Shown here: piece by piece, positions 29,252-40,019 of the stretch | Layout of the letters: every line of letters begins with the position of its first letter | Numbering within the stretch: the first letter of the stretch is position 1 | From: Desulfatiglandales bacterium | Lineage (GTDB): Bacteria; Desulfobacterota; DSM-4660; Desulfatiglandales; HGW-15 | Direction of reading: 5' to 3' | Assembly (NCBI GenBank): GCA_963667015.2 | Contig: CAXXJJ010000001.1 | Span: 992,001 to 1,056,000, forward strand | DNA length: 64,000 nt | Made by a program: the position numbers and the translations under genes | The notes under the pieces: generated by a model | What the model was told of the DNA's origin: nothing | The model's input: the letters and a program-made list of their open reading frames with translations, nothing else | The model's database searches: none

Positions 29252-29267
29252 TGGCTCAGCGTTTGCA
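29252..29267 (+). promoter_or_regulatory. Putative sigma-54 promoter
   Basis: TGGCTC-AGCGT-TTGCA, GG-N10-GC. Confidence 0.55.
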
Positions 29268-29452
29268 ATATCATAGATTCCAGTTACTTCTGTGTTTTTC
29301 GGATGAAGCAAAATATTTACCTCTCATCCGGTAATTAGAAAAGGCGGGAACAGGAAAATGCAAGGCTTTATTAGTGTGATAACAACTTTACCTCATTAAT
29401 CGGTCCGGACTTGACTGCTTTTGAAATAAGACCAGGTGCAAAAGGAGGAATT

Positions 29453-29845
29453 ATGTTCAGGAAATTGATTGTACTCATATTTGCATGTGTAATTGTTATG
29501 CCAGCGGCAGGTTTTGCTTCTGAATCAGAAGAATTAAGGGTGTCCACGATTATATATAAAATTAAGGATAACGCCGCTCCCGAACAACTCAACAGGTTTA
29601 ATTCTTTAATAAAAAAAGAAGATATTGTAACAAAAAGAGAAATAGAGAACGAAAACATCAATGTTGTTGAGCTAAGGAATGTTAGAGGGAGCGAGAAAAA
29701 TTTTAGCATACTTTTAATGGATACCGGCGCAGTAATTATATTAACTCAATCCGATGTCAGTGTTCCGCATGCCCCTCCAGCTCCTCCTCCTTCTGCAATT
29801 GAGAGCGCGGAGAGAGAAACCAAAGGACAGCTTGACACATATTGA
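29453..29845 (+). CDS. Short secreted protein, possibly a truncated subtilase propeptide remnant
   Basis: SD AGGAGG, signal peptide, IIYKIKD..VVEL..LMDTGAV then low-complexity tail. Confidence 0.5.
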   Translation: MFRKLIVLIFACVIVMPAAGFASESEELRVSTIIYKIKDNAAPEQLNRFNSLIKKEDIVTKREIENENINVVELRNVRGSEKNFSILLMDTGAVIILTQSDVSVPHAPPAPPPSAIESAERETKGQLDTY

Positions 29846-30250
29846 TACAGCGGATGCGGGCTTTACACTTTACAAGTGAGGCAACTGAGCATAACCGCTA
29901 TAAATATTATAAGGCAACAATGGCGGTAAATCTGATTATATTGTCACTGTCAGAATAAATTAATTCACCGTCATTTGGTATAGCTCTCCAGCAGAGAGCA
30001 TTACGTAATCTTTTGAGTCCCGCAGTGTAAGGCTGAAAATCCTCGTGGTCGCAATTCAACTCTGTGTCTCGGTACTTTGAGAAGATTAATATTGGAAAGG
30101 GGTTAGCTAACATCCGGTTAACTCCTTTTTTATTGTCTTTTTATTTCCTCCCGGACTGTTCAAAATAATATTTAAAGTATTAAAGATTTTATCCGATATA
30201 TTTCTAATTGAGAAGTTTTATAATCTTTATGTATTGATAGAATATAAATT

Positions 30251-30754
30251 ATGGTCAACCAGAACAATGCCTCTGCTATAAAAATATTTGTTCCCGATAA
30301 TAATATCGTTTCAATTGAATGTCCTTCCTGTAAAATTTCAAGAGAAGTTGATGTTTCGAAATATGTTAAGTCTGAAACCCTGGTCAGATTTAAAGTCAAA
30401 TGTTCCTGCGGAGATTCCTTTCTAGTTCTTTTAGAGAGGCGTGAATTTTACAGGAAATATACCAGTCTTAAAGGAACGTTCATTTATTCTCCAAAAACTG
30501 GACCAAAACAGAAGGGTTCTATAACCGTCTTGGATATCTCCCGTGGAGGTATCAAGTTTAAAACCGGGGCATCTACAGCTGCAAAAATAGGTGATTCCAT
30601 TGAAGTAGAATTTAATCTGGATAACCAGAAGAAATCATTGGTTAAAAAGCTTGTTACGATCCGGAATGTCAAGGATTGTATTATAAATGCCCAGTTCTGC
30701 TTTTTTGATTCCAATAACCCCGGAGATAAAGATATAGGATTCTATCTATTCTAG
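30251..30754 (+). CDS. Zn-ribbon + PilZ domain protein
   Basis: CPSC..CSCG; ERREFYRK (RxxxR) and DISRGG (DxSxxG). Confidence 0.85.
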   Translation: MVNQNNASAIKIFVPDNNIVSIECPSCKISREVDVSKYVKSETLVRFKVKCSCGDSFLVLLERREFYRKYTSLKGTFIYSPKTGPKQKGSITVLDISRGGIKFKTGASTAAKIGDSIEVEFNLDNQKKSLVKKLVTIRNVKDCIINAQFCFFDSNNPGDKDIGFYLF

Positions 30755-31485
30755 TTTTATTTTTGCAGCCAGTATGGTTGAAAAGCCGGATTTTTCTGCC
30801 TTAATCTGATCTTTTGCTTTTTTTGGCTATTTTTTTACATTTATTTAACATTTAGGTCATTGACATAGTTATAATGATTTTTTATGATTCATCATCAGGG
30901 TTAATACCCTTAGGAAGATCGGAACCATCTACTGTTGCTTACTTTCGCCAGCTCTCCGATCTTCCTTTTTTTATGCCTGTAACTGCCACGCTATCACTTA
31001 CTCTGAATTTCGCTGAAAAAAAGAGGACTCTTCCAGTTTCTGCAGAAAATCGGATTTATATTTTAAATATCGGTTGCTAATTCAAATAGTTAGATCTTTT
31101 CATGTAATTGGCAGAGATAAATGCTTAAAAAAGCGAAAGACCGAGAGAGGGGATCTCTCAGTCTTTCAGTCAAGTCTTTGCTAAATAGAAGTGTAGATCT
31201 ATGATATGTGAATAAGAAAGAGAAAGTCAATATAAAAGTTTGAGTTGCAAAATAATATTAATTAATTAAAGCAATGAATTATATACATGTTCTCTTTTTA
31301 TATTAAAGTATTGAGCCTCAACGCCGATAAGATATTAACTCCCTAAAATAAGATTTTTTTGTTGAAAGGTCGAGCCGGAGCCCCTCCACTCGGCCTTTCA
31401 TTTTTTTTAAACTTCAATTCCCATTTTTATCAGTAAATGTTAATGTCTGCTAAATTTTTACCAGGATCATAACAGGAAAACATAC

Positions 31486-31791
31486 ATGTTTGAAGATGAA
31501 TGGGTTGATGAAGAAGATATTGCGCGGGAAAAGGCAAAGGCCAGGCAGCTAAGGCATACCGCATGGTGGTCAAGGCGGGTGCAGAACGGGATCTGTTATT
31601 ACTGCGGTGGCAATGTCGGCGCTAAAAATCTTACCATGGACCATATTGTGCCCATGAGCAGGGGAGGAAAGAGTAAAAAGGGTAACCTTGTGCCTGCATG
31701 CAAAGAGTGCAACAATAAAAAGAAATACCTGCTTCCGCTCGAATGGGCGGAATATCTTAATTCCCTCAAGGATGATGAATCTTCGGTCTAG
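31486..31791 (+). CDS. Small HNH endonuclease
   Basis: CYYC..TMDHIVPMSRGG..NLVPACKECNNKK. Confidence 0.9.
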   Translation: MFEDEWVDEEDIAREKAKARQLRHTAWWSRRVQNGICYYCGGNVGAKNLTMDHIVPMSRGGKSKKGNLVPACKECNNKKKYLLPLEWAEYLNSLKDDESSV

Positions 31792-31795
31792 CCTA

Positions 31796-32596
31796 TCAGT
31801 ATACCTCTATGCATGTCCCGGGTATCTGGTCAGTCGCCATTCTGATGTATTCCGATGCCCTGCCCAGGTTAACTGCAATCTCCAGATGATTTGAACTGTT
31901 GATAAGCGCCATGAGCTTATCTTTATCATTGCCGGAATAGGTATCGGAGACCCCTGATATCTTATATTCACCTATCTTTATAACTGGTGTTTTATCTCCC
32001 AGGAAAGATGACAGATCAGCAAGAGTGATATTGGTAATAAGATTACCAAAATTATCAACACGTATAATCTCCCCCTTTAATATGCCATCCTTTATATATG
32101 ACAGAGGCATAATCAGTTTTTCAGGATCGGTTATAGGGTGCCCCAGTCTGCTGATCTCAGTCCCCAGGGAGATATGGGCTGCAACCGGCGCAAAAACATC
32201 CCGGCCATGAAAGGTGCTGGTTATATCAGGCAGAAAAAACTTTTTTTCTGTGAGTTCTACAATTTCGGCCTCCGGAGCGTCTTTAATGATCGGCCATAAA
32301 ATACCGTTGTCCGGCCCCAAAAAAAAATGACCTGCAGCCTTTACCGCTAACAATCTTCGGCTGCTTCCCACACCCGGATCAACTACTGCAACATGAACAG
32401 TCCCTTCAGGAAAATATGAATAGGCGTCCTTTAATATGCCTGCCCCCTGATAAACCGATCCAAACCGGATATTATGGGTAATATCTATAATATCGGCATT
32501 TCTGTTGATGGAAAGAACCACGCCCTTCATCATAGCAGTGTATGCGTCCGAAAGCCCAAAATCTGTCAAAAAGGTAATTATACCTGATCGGTCCAT
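31796..32596 (-). CDS. SAM hydroxide adenosyltransferase / chlorinase-fluorinase family (DUF62)
   Basis: LTDFG, VVDPGVGS, GPDNG, TFHGRDVFAP, DNFGNLITN. Confidence 0.9.
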   Translation of the reverse strand: MDRSGIITFLTDFGLSDAYTAMMKGVVLSINRNADIIDITHNIRFGSVYQGAGILKDAYSYFPEGTVHVAVVDPGVGSSRRLLAVKAAGHFFLGPDNGILWPIIKDAPEAEIVELTEKKFFLPDITSTFHGRDVFAPVAAHISLGTEISRLGHPITDPEKLIMPLSYIKDGILKGEIIRVDNFGNLITNITLADLSSFLGDKTPVIKIGEYKISGVSDTYSGNDKDKLMALINSSNHLEIAVNLGRASEYIRMATDQIPGTCIEVY

Positions 32597-32913
32597 TGTT
32601 CGCTTTTCCTTTTACCTGTTTTCTTTACAAAATGCCGAATGTGACCGGCCTCAACCGGAAATCCGCTTTGAAAACAAAAAAATAATTATTGCAGTGACAT
32701 CATTCATTGTAAAGCGGTAATTATTTCCGCGGCATTTAATAAAAAAGGGGAGATAAATTTAATTCTGTAAAATTGACAAGCCTGTTATGGTGTTTATTTT
32801 AAGGTCAATATAAAGATATCATTTTCGATTGATAACCTGCCCATAAAAATGGGGCTGCGAGCCGGGTTAAGCAAAAAGCTTCCCGGCTTGTGTTTTTTGG
32901 AAAGGATAATATC

Positions 32914-34011
32914 ATGTTTTCAGAAACTTTTAAGAATGAGTTGTACAGCAGGGGTATTTCAAGACTGAGTCCTATATTTAATGATGATGCATTTTCCAGG
33001 GATGATCCTTCTGAAGATCTTATTTTTTATAAAAAAGACCGCTTTGTGAATCATATTGATAAGGTGGCCATGGACACGGTCGAGCGGCTTATAGGTGAAC
33101 TGGTTATAGAAAAGGAGCCTGTAGTACTTGATCTTATGGCCGGGTGGGATTCTCATATCCCTGATACCTTAAAGGCGTCGGAGGTAGTCGGCCTTGGGCT
33201 GAATGAGAATGAGCTCAGGGAGAATAAAAATCTCAGCAGATACATCCTTCATGACCTGAATACAGACCCTAAACTGCCCTTTGATGACAATTATTTTGAT
33301 GTTGTGGTGAACAGCCTTTCTGTTGATTACATGACAAAGCCGCTGGAAATATTTCAGGAGGCAGGAAGAGTATTGAAACCCGGAGGGCTTTTTCTTGTGA
33401 TCTTCTCAAACAGGATGTTTCCCGCAAAGGCTGTAAAGGTCTGGAAGGATTCCAGCGAAAGCGAACGCGTTATACTGGTGGAGGAGTTTTTCCAGGGATC
33501 GGGTGCATTTGAAAAACCCGTTAAATTTATATCAAAGGGTAAGAACAGACCAAAGGACGACAAGTATTATGAGCTTTGTCCGCTGAGCGATCCTGTATAT
33601 GCCCTCTATGCCGAGAAGAAGGGCGGCAGTCCTGACCGGCCTGAAAGGCCTTTACCTGTCCAGGGTCTTGATGAAGACAGAAAAAAAGAGATTGAGAGAA
33701 GAAAAAAAGAGATAAAAGATACCCTGTGCTGCCCCCACTGCGGCGATAAACTGCAGAAATGGCTGGTGCCGGATAATCCCTTTGAATGCACATGGGATAA
33801 TGATTTTATGTATATCTGTTTTAATGATGAGTGTTCATATTACACCAGGGGCTGGGACTTCCTGAGGCGTGAAGGTAATTCAGGTTCGTACAGGCTCATG
33901 TATAACCCTGATAAGGATACATGTAATCCAATCCCCGTGCCTACAGCCAGGGCGTTAAGGGAAGGGATAGTGGATGAAGGTTCCCTTGAAGAGGCGAAGA
34001 CACATTGCTGA
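32914..34011 (+). CDS. Class I SAM methyltransferase fused to C-terminal Cys-rich Zn-finger-like domain
   Basis: FY..RFVNHID, VLDLMAGWDSH, SVDYMT, FSNRMFP; CPHC..CFNDEC. Confidence 0.8.
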   Translation: MFSETFKNELYSRGISRLSPIFNDDAFSRDDPSEDLIFYKKDRFVNHIDKVAMDTVERLIGELVIEKEPVVLDLMAGWDSHIPDTLKASEVVGLGLNENELRENKNLSRYILHDLNTDPKLPFDDNYFDVVVNSLSVDYMTKPLEIFQEAGRVLKPGGLFLVIFSNRMFPAKAVKVWKDSSESERVILVEEFFQGSGAFEKPVKFISKGKNRPKDDKYYELCPLSDPVYALYAEKKGGSPDRPERPLPVQGLDEDRKKEIERRKKEIKDTLCCPHCGDKLQKWLVPDNPFECTWDNDFMYICFNDECSYYTRGWDFLRREGNSGSYRLMYNPDKDTCNPIPVPTARALREGIVDEGSLEEAKTHC

Positions 34012-34039
34012 AGGGCAGGGAAACAGGTAAGAACTTAAT

Positions 34040-34071
34040 CCGGGCAGACACACAGGTCTGTCCGGTTTTTT
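34040..34071 (+). terminator. Intrinsic terminator
   Basis: CCGGGCAGAC/GTCTGTCCGG + T6. Confidence 0.75.
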
Positions 34072-34188
34072 AAATGAACCCTCGAATTCCGGTCCCCTTG
34101 CCATCATTTTTTTCTATTTACAAACCCAATATTTAGGTATATCAAATATCTTAAATCACCTGGCTCATCGGAACAGAAAAAAATAAAC

Positions 34189-34263
34189 GGGCGGTTAACT
34201 CAGCGGGAGAGTGCCATCCTCACACGGTGGAAGCCGCGGGTTCAAACCCCGCACCGCCCACCA
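34189..34263 (+). tRNA. tRNA-Val(CAC)
   Basis: GGGCGGT/ACCGCCC acceptor stem, CTCACAC anticodon loop, GGTTCAAA T-loop, CCA end. Confidence 0.95.
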
Positions 34264-34721
34264 CCTATATGCCTTCATATCAACTGGTTGCATTGTTTTA
34301 AGGACTTTTTTTAGCCACCATGTATTATTGTTTCGCTATCTTGTTACTTCTGATTCAGAATTAATCTTAATACTTGCGTAAATATATTGTCTTAAAGATG
34401 ATATATTTCATGGTCTGGAAGATTAATTACAGTGAAGAATTCGAGATAATTGAAATATACTACTATGAAGATGTAACCTGTTTAGGGATACAGGAAGCTT
34501 CATTCGTTTTCAGGTATCTTTTCGAAACTGGAAGGTCATGAGTAGCAGCTCATTGCCTTTCGCCTTTATTTGTTTCTTTTCTTTTCGATCCGGGAATAGT
34601 ATCTTCTGCAAATAAAATGACAGACTTTATATGGAAGATAAGTTGGCAGATTTGATCCCTGCTGAATATCTGCCTATTAATAAATGTTATCAACCCCTAA
34701 TCTTAATAAAGGCATAAAGCT

Positions 34722-35576
34722 TTGCTGCAGATAATCCTTGGTGCGTTCCTTATCAGTTTCTCTTCGGTATTTGTAAAGCTGGTTCATGTGGGGCCGACAA
34801 CGGCCTTATTTTTCAGATTCCTTTTTGGCGGTTCCACCCTGTTTATTACTGCTTTTATCATCAAAATTCCTCTGTTCCGAGACCTTCGCTCATTCCTGTT
34901 TGCAGCCCTTGCCGGATTTCTCTTTACACTTGATCTCTTTTTCTGGCACCGGTCGATTCTTTATGTGGGGCCCGGGCTTTCAACCATACTTGCAAATTTC
35001 CAGGTTTTTATACTGACCCTGATCGGCATTATCTTTATGGGTGAAAGACTGCGGTTTCGTTTCATTGTCTCTGTGATACTTGCATTTTCAGGGCTTATTC
35101 TTTTGACTGATCTGAATTTTAACAGCATGCCGCCTCTTTATCTGCGGGGTATTATATATGGCCTTTTGACTGCCTGCTGCTATGCCGGCATAACACTGAC
35201 CATACAGAAATCCCAGAGGCTTCCAAAAAAACTGGACCCGGTATCCAATATGGCCTGGCTCTGTTTTTTCGGTTCTCTGTTCGGAAGCCTTGGGGTTGCT
35301 GCAAGCGGTGAAACATTTATTATTCCGGATATGGAGAGCCTGCTGATCCTCATGGCCTATGGAATAATCTGTTCAGGCATCGGCTGGTTCTTTATTACAA
35401 AGGGGCTTCCAAAGGTGTCAATCTCCATGGCCGGGTTATCCCTGATACTTCAGCCCGCCTTTGCATTTACATGGGATATCCTGTTCTTCGAAAAGCCGGT
35501 AACAACCTTAAATATCCTCGGGGCCGCCATATCTATTACTGCTATATATGTGGGCGTCGTCAGCAGATCAAAGTGA
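34722..35576 (+). CDS. DMT/EamA family transporter
   Basis: Two hydrophobic repeats, about 10 TM segments. Confidence 0.85.
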   Translation: MLQIILGAFLISFSSVFVKLVHVGPTTALFFRFLFGGSTLFITAFIIKIPLFRDLRSFLFAALAGFLFTLDLFFWHRSILYVGPGLSTILANFQVFILTLIGIIFMGERLRFRFIVSVILAFSGLILLTDLNFNSMPPLYLRGIIYGLLTACCYAGITLTIQKSQRLPKKLDPVSNMAWLCFFGSLFGSLGVAASGETFIIPDMESLLILMAYGIICSGIGWFFITKGLPKVSISMAGLSLILQPAFAFTWDILFFEKPVTTLNILGAAISITAIYVGVVSRSK

Positions 35577-35639
35577 TTTGAGTTGTCTTTACATGTTCTG
35601 GTTATGGGATGATTGTTTTCAGGAAAATAAGGGTTTGCC

Positions 35640-36467
35640 CTATATTGTAATACGTCCTATTGCCTTTTTAAATTCCGCAATCTGTTCGTCAAATCTCATA
35701 AGGAGCGAATCAACCCCTGTGAGATCCAGGGACTCTCCTGCAGTCTCGATTTGATGGGCTGTATCCTGAAGCGCAACAGCTCCGACATTTGCGGATGCCC
35801 CTTTAATAGTATGGGCCATACGCCTGACTGACAATGCATCTCCCATATCATAGGCCTTTTTAAGCTCTGAAATTCTGGTAGGCATATATTCATAAAAATC
35901 GTTCAGTATCTTTCTTATCATCTTTTTATCATCTGCCAGATTTTCCGCGAGGATGGATAGATCCAGAATGCCGTCATCCTCTGTACACCGGTCTGAAGTC
36001 TGTTTTTCCGGCAGCGGCGCATGTTTAAAAAGCCATTTTTCGATTGTGGCAGAAAATTCTACAGGATTAACCGGTTTGAAGATATAATCATTCATCCCGG
36101 CATTTAAATATTTATTCTTATCACCATCCATTGCATTGCCTGTCAATGCAATAACCGGAATATTATGCCTGAGTACCTTTGAGGCGGGGCTGCGTATCTC
36201 TTTAGTCGCTTCATATCCGTTCATCACGGGCATCTCGCAGTCCATCAGCACCAGATCGTAGGAGGCCTGTTCAAGCGCCTTAACCGCATCTTTCCCGTTT
36301 TCAAATATATCCACGCTGTACCCGAGTCGCTCAAGAATACTTTCTACTACCATTTGATTGATTTCTTCATCTTCAGCCACCAGGATTTTAATCTTTTTTT
36401 CCTTCTCCTCTGAGACGGAAGCCCGGATAATTTCTTTTTCAGGATTTTTCTTTTTTTCAGTTTCCAT
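35640..36467 (-). CDS. Response-regulator receiver + Hpt domain protein
   Basis: ILVAEDE, LMDCEMPVMNG, KP; AHTIKGASANVGA. Confidence 0.9.
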   Translation of the reverse strand: METEKKKNPEKEIIRASVSEEKEKKIKILVAEDEEINQMVVESILERLGYSVDIFENGKDAVKALEQASYDLVLMDCEMPVMNGYEATKEIRSPASKVLRHNIPVIALTGNAMDGDKNKYLNAGMNDYIFKPVNPVEFSATIEKWLFKHAPLPEKQTSDRCTEDDGILDLSILAENLADDKKMIRKILNDFYEYMPTRISELKKAYDMGDALSVRRMAHTIKGASANVGAVALQDTAHQIETAGESLDLTGVDSLLMRFDEQIAEFKKAIGRITI

Positions 36468-36527
36468 ATCAATAATTGCGGATGTATTTATGCAGTCTGT
36501 TAAAGATCAAATTATTGTATTTAAATA

Positions 36528-36543
36528 TGCAACAAATATGCCT
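36528..36543 (-). promoter_or_regulatory. Putative sigma-54 promoter
   Basis: Minus strand AGGCAT-ATTTG-TTGCA, GG-N10-GC, about 60 bp upstream of 36467. Confidence 0.5.
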
Positions 36544-36814
36544 TGCTGTCAGAAAAGATGATCCTTCATAAACTTTGAAAAATCAATGGGTTAATTGCTG
36601 CTGCAACTGCTTTTAAGAAATAAGAACATTAATCCGGTATAATCAGACAAAAAGATATCATGTTTTTGGCGAAAATATAAGTTTATTCCCTGTCATCATC
36701 TGCGGCTATTTTGCCACCTTGTTTTTTTGATATGGCAGGTTTATAGTCATTGTAGCATGAAAATAATAAACCATAATAACTTTAATAACAGTATTTCAGG
36801 CTGTCCGCTGTGAT

Positions 36815-38185
36815 ATGCAGATGATTATATTCAGGAAAAAAAACTTACCTATTATTTATCCTATTATCTTTTTTGTACTCATTATTTTTCTGGGATCTGT
36901 GATTCTGCATTTTTCGGAAAAGAGTAACGAAAGCGCCCTGTCATGGATTGACTCAATTTTTACAGCTACTTCGGCAGCCTGTGTTACGGGTCTGGTCGTG
37001 GTTGATACAGGATCTTATTTTTCACTGCTCGGAAAAACAGTTGTTTTGTGTCTCATGCAGATCGGGGGGCTTGGAATAATGACATTTACCAGTCTTTCCA
37101 TATATCTGCTGAGACGAAGGACCTCAATAACAGACAGGATTGCCATAGGGCAGGCACTTTGCTGTGAGACAGGTTTCAATCTGGGGAGATTTCTTGTTGA
37201 GATTGTATGCTGGACCTTTTTTATAGAGATTGCCGGGGCAGTGTTGCTTATGCTGTTTGCTCCGGACAGCTTTACGTTTTATTCTGCAGTTTTTCATTCT
37301 GTATCTGCATTCTGTAATGCGGGTTTTTCTCTCTTTTCAGACAGCCTCATCGGTTTAAAGGGTAACTGGGGGGTAAACCTGATTTTTATTATACTTATCT
37401 TTTCAGGCGGGATCGGATTTTCGGTTTTTATTGATATTAAAAACAGTATTGGTAAAAAATTCTGGAAATCCATGGCAGCCTATAAAAAAGGGATCAGCTG
37501 GTATACAAGGATGGTCCTGCATACATCTTTATTTTTACTCATATACGGGTGGCTGACTTTATATATTTCGGAATATGTCGGGTATAACAGGACGGTGCCG
37601 CTGGATAATGCCATTTTGACATCACTCTTTCAGTCCGTGACAGCCAGAACAGCCGGGTTTAATACCCTTGATATTGGCAGCCTTACAAATGTTTCTCTAG
37701 TGATCCTGCTTTTTCTCATGTTTATTGGCGGGGCACCCGGCTCATGTGCGGGCGGTATAAAGGTAACCACATTCAGGGTGCTGGCTGCGACCATATGGTC
37801 CCAGCTGCGTGGAAGAAAGCAGGTTATAATAGGAAAATATGCAGTCAGCCAGACAGATGTGAAAAAATCAATGGTTCTGTTTCTTTTGGCCATTTCTATT
37901 ATTTTTATCGCAGTGTTTTTGCTTGATTTTACCGAGGGCGGAGATCTGCCCCATAACCAGGTGAGAGGCCAGTTTTTTGAAATCCTTTTTGAGGCGGTGT
38001 CTGCATTTTGCACGGTGGGTTTGAGTACAGGGCTGACCTCAGTGCTTTCTGCGGCCGGGAAATGGATAATTATTTTACTGATGTTAATCGGGCGGCTCGG
38101 GCCTTTTGTCCTGATAACTGCACTTCAGAGCATACAGGAGGATCAGCTTTACAGGCTGCCCGAGGAAAAGGTAATGATAGGATAA
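36815..38185 (+). CDS. ktrB: KtrB/TrkH potassium uptake membrane subunit
   Basis: TSAACVTGL, SAFCNAGF, RTAGF, GGIKVTT, SAFCTVGLS pore loops. Confidence 0.9.
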   Translation: MQMIIFRKKNLPIIYPIIFFVLIIFLGSVILHFSEKSNESALSWIDSIFTATSAACVTGLVVVDTGSYFSLLGKTVVLCLMQIGGLGIMTFTSLSIYLLRRRTSITDRIAIGQALCCETGFNLGRFLVEIVCWTFFIEIAGAVLLMLFAPDSFTFYSAVFHSVSAFCNAGFSLFSDSLIGLKGNWGVNLIFIILIFSGGIGFSVFIDIKNSIGKKFWKSMAAYKKGISWYTRMVLHTSLFLLIYGWLTLYISEYVGYNRTVPLDNAILTSLFQSVTARTAGFNTLDIGSLTNVSLVILLFLMFIGGAPGSCAGGIKVTTFRVLAATIWSQLRGRKQVIIGKYAVSQTDVKKSMVLFLLAISIIFIAVFLLDFTEGGDLPHNQVRGQFFEILFEAVSAFCTVGLSTGLTSVLSAAGKWIIILLMLIGRLGPFVLITALQSIQEDQLYRLPEEKVMIG

Positions 38186-38200
38186 TGAAGGGAATATATC

Positions 38201-38857
38201 ATGACAGATAAACCACAGATTTGCGTTATAGGCCTGGGAAAGTTCGGGTACAATTTCGGGATTTCACTTCTCAATCTGAATCACCAGGTAATAGGAATAG
38301 ATACCGATCAGGTTAACATACAAAGGGCCCAGAAGGAGTTTACCCAGGTGTATGAAGCAGATGCCTCCCAGAAACAGGTCCTTGAGCAGATCGGGTTTTC
38401 AGACATAACCCATGTCTTGATAAGTGTGGGTGACAGTATATCCACCAGTGCAATGGTTACGCTGTACCTTAAAGAAATGGGTGTTCCCAATATATGGGTA
38501 AAGGCAATCAATGAGGATCACACGAATCTTTTAAAAAAGGTAGGCGCGGATCATGTGATAATACCGGAAAATATAGCCGCGGAGCAGCTTGCGGACAGGA
38601 TCGATCTCCCGGGAATTATACAACGGCTCCCCTTTGATTCGGATATGATAATAAGGGAGATTTCCATTGATAAGTTTGCGAATAAAAGCCTGAGGGAGAT
38701 AGATCTTACAAACAGGTATAACTGCCAGGTCATAGCCGTAAAAAAACAGTTTGATTCCGGATACAGGTACATTCCAAAGGCGGATGATATTTTGCAGAAG
38801 GGTGATTGTCTGATTGTTATCGGCTCCAGGGATTCTCTGGCCGCTATACATCCCTGA
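38201..38857 (+). CDS. ktrA: KtrA/TrkA RCK subunit
   Basis: VIGLGKFG Rossmann motif plus TrkA-C domain. Confidence 0.9.
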   Translation: MTDKPQICVIGLGKFGYNFGISLLNLNHQVIGIDTDQVNIQRAQKEFTQVYEADASQKQVLEQIGFSDITHVLISVGDSISTSAMVTLYLKEMGVPNIWVKAINEDHTNLLKKVGADHVIIPENIAAEQLADRIDLPGIIQRLPFDSDMIIREISIDKFANKSLREIDLTNRYNCQVIAVKKQFDSGYRYIPKADDILQKGDCLIVIGSRDSLAAIHP

Positions 38858-38948
38858 GGTTTTAATTCAGCAGGCACTGAATCAGGATTTAATTGTGCTT
38901 AATACCTCTCTAATCCCGATAATATAATAATATCTGGAGTACACTACT

Positions 38949-40019
38949 ATGAAATTTTTATTAATAGACATTGGTGCAGGGACAATGGATATCCTCTGCT
39001 ATGATTCGGATCTCTCGGTTCATTACAAGGCTGTTGTAAAATCGCCCGCATTAACCATCGCGGAAAAGATATCAGGCATTGACGGGAACATGCTGATTAC
39101 CGGCGTTGAAATGGGTGGAGGCTCCCTGGCCGGCCTCCTGAGAGAAAAGGCAAAAAAGAGTAGGGTTATAATATCAAGATCAGCCAGCTCCACAATTAAC
39201 CATGATATGACAAAGGTTGAATCTCTGGGTGTGAGGGTGATTGGCGATAAAATGGCCGAAGAACTTCGTAAAGCAGGTGAATACACAAATATTGATATCA
39301 GTGATCTTGAGTTTGAAAGGATTAAAGCAATTGTTGAGGGGATGGGGGTGCAATTCTCATTTGATGTGCTGGGGCTGTGTGTTCAGGACCACGGTGTTCC
39401 TGAGCTAGGGGTATCACACCTTGACTTTCGGCACAATATTTTCAAGGAAAGGCTCGATAAAAAGCCATTCCCCCATGAGATGCTTTATGAATACAGCGAA
39501 GTGCCCGATACATTCAACCGGCTCAAATCCATTTCTCAAAGGGCCAAACAGTTTCCTGCAGAGGAAATTTATGTGATGGACAGCGGCATGGCCGCAATCC
39601 TGGGAGGCACCCTGGATCCGGTTGCATCTCAAAAGGACAGGATAATAGTGCTGGACATTGCTACGTCACATACTGTGGGTGCGGCCTTTGAAAAAGGGAA
39701 ACTTTTCGGATTTTTTGAGTATCATACAAAGGATATTACGAGGGATATACTTGAAAAACTCCTCATTGATCTGGCAGACGGAAAGCTCGATCATGCTGAA
39801 ATATTAAATCAGGGCGGACACGGGGCCTACACAAGAGAATATTTTGGTTTTGAAAATCTCGAATTGATATTATCGACGGGCCCCAAACGTGCCCTGGCAA
39901 ACGGGTCAAAACTTTCCATCATTCCCGGCGCACCTGTTGGTGACAATATGATGACCGGTACGGCAGGTATCCTGGAGGCGATCAGGAGAAAAAAGGGCTT
40001 TGACCTCTTTTATATCTAA
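38949..40019 (+). CDS. DUF1786 family protein
   Basis: DIGAGTMD, VQDHG, FFEYHT, GGHGA, GDNMMTG. Confidence 0.75.
   Translation: MKFLLIDIGAGTMDILCYDSDLSVHYKAVVKSPALTIAEKISGIDGNMLITGVEMGGGSLAGLLREKAKKSRVIISRSASSTINHDMTKVESLGVRVIGDKMAEELRKAGEYTNIDISDLEFERIKAIVEGMGVQFSFDVLGLCVQDHGVPELGVSHLDFRHNIFKERLDKKPFPHEMLYEYSEVPDTFNRLKSISQRAKQFPAEEIYVMDSGMAAILGGTLDPVASQKDRIIVLDIATSHTVGAAFEKGKLFGFFEYHTKDITRDILEKLLIDLADGKLDHAEILNQGGHGAYTREYFGFENLELILSTGPKRALANGSKLSIIPGAPVGDNMMTGTAGILEAIRRKKGFDLFYI

Noticed and set aside
29280..29400. Riboswitch in the leader of the 29453 gene
   Set aside because: No recognisable c-di-GMP or other aptamer consensus.
31109..31125. Sigma-54-like TGGCAG...ATGCT
   Set aside because: GG-to-GC spacing is 11, not 10.
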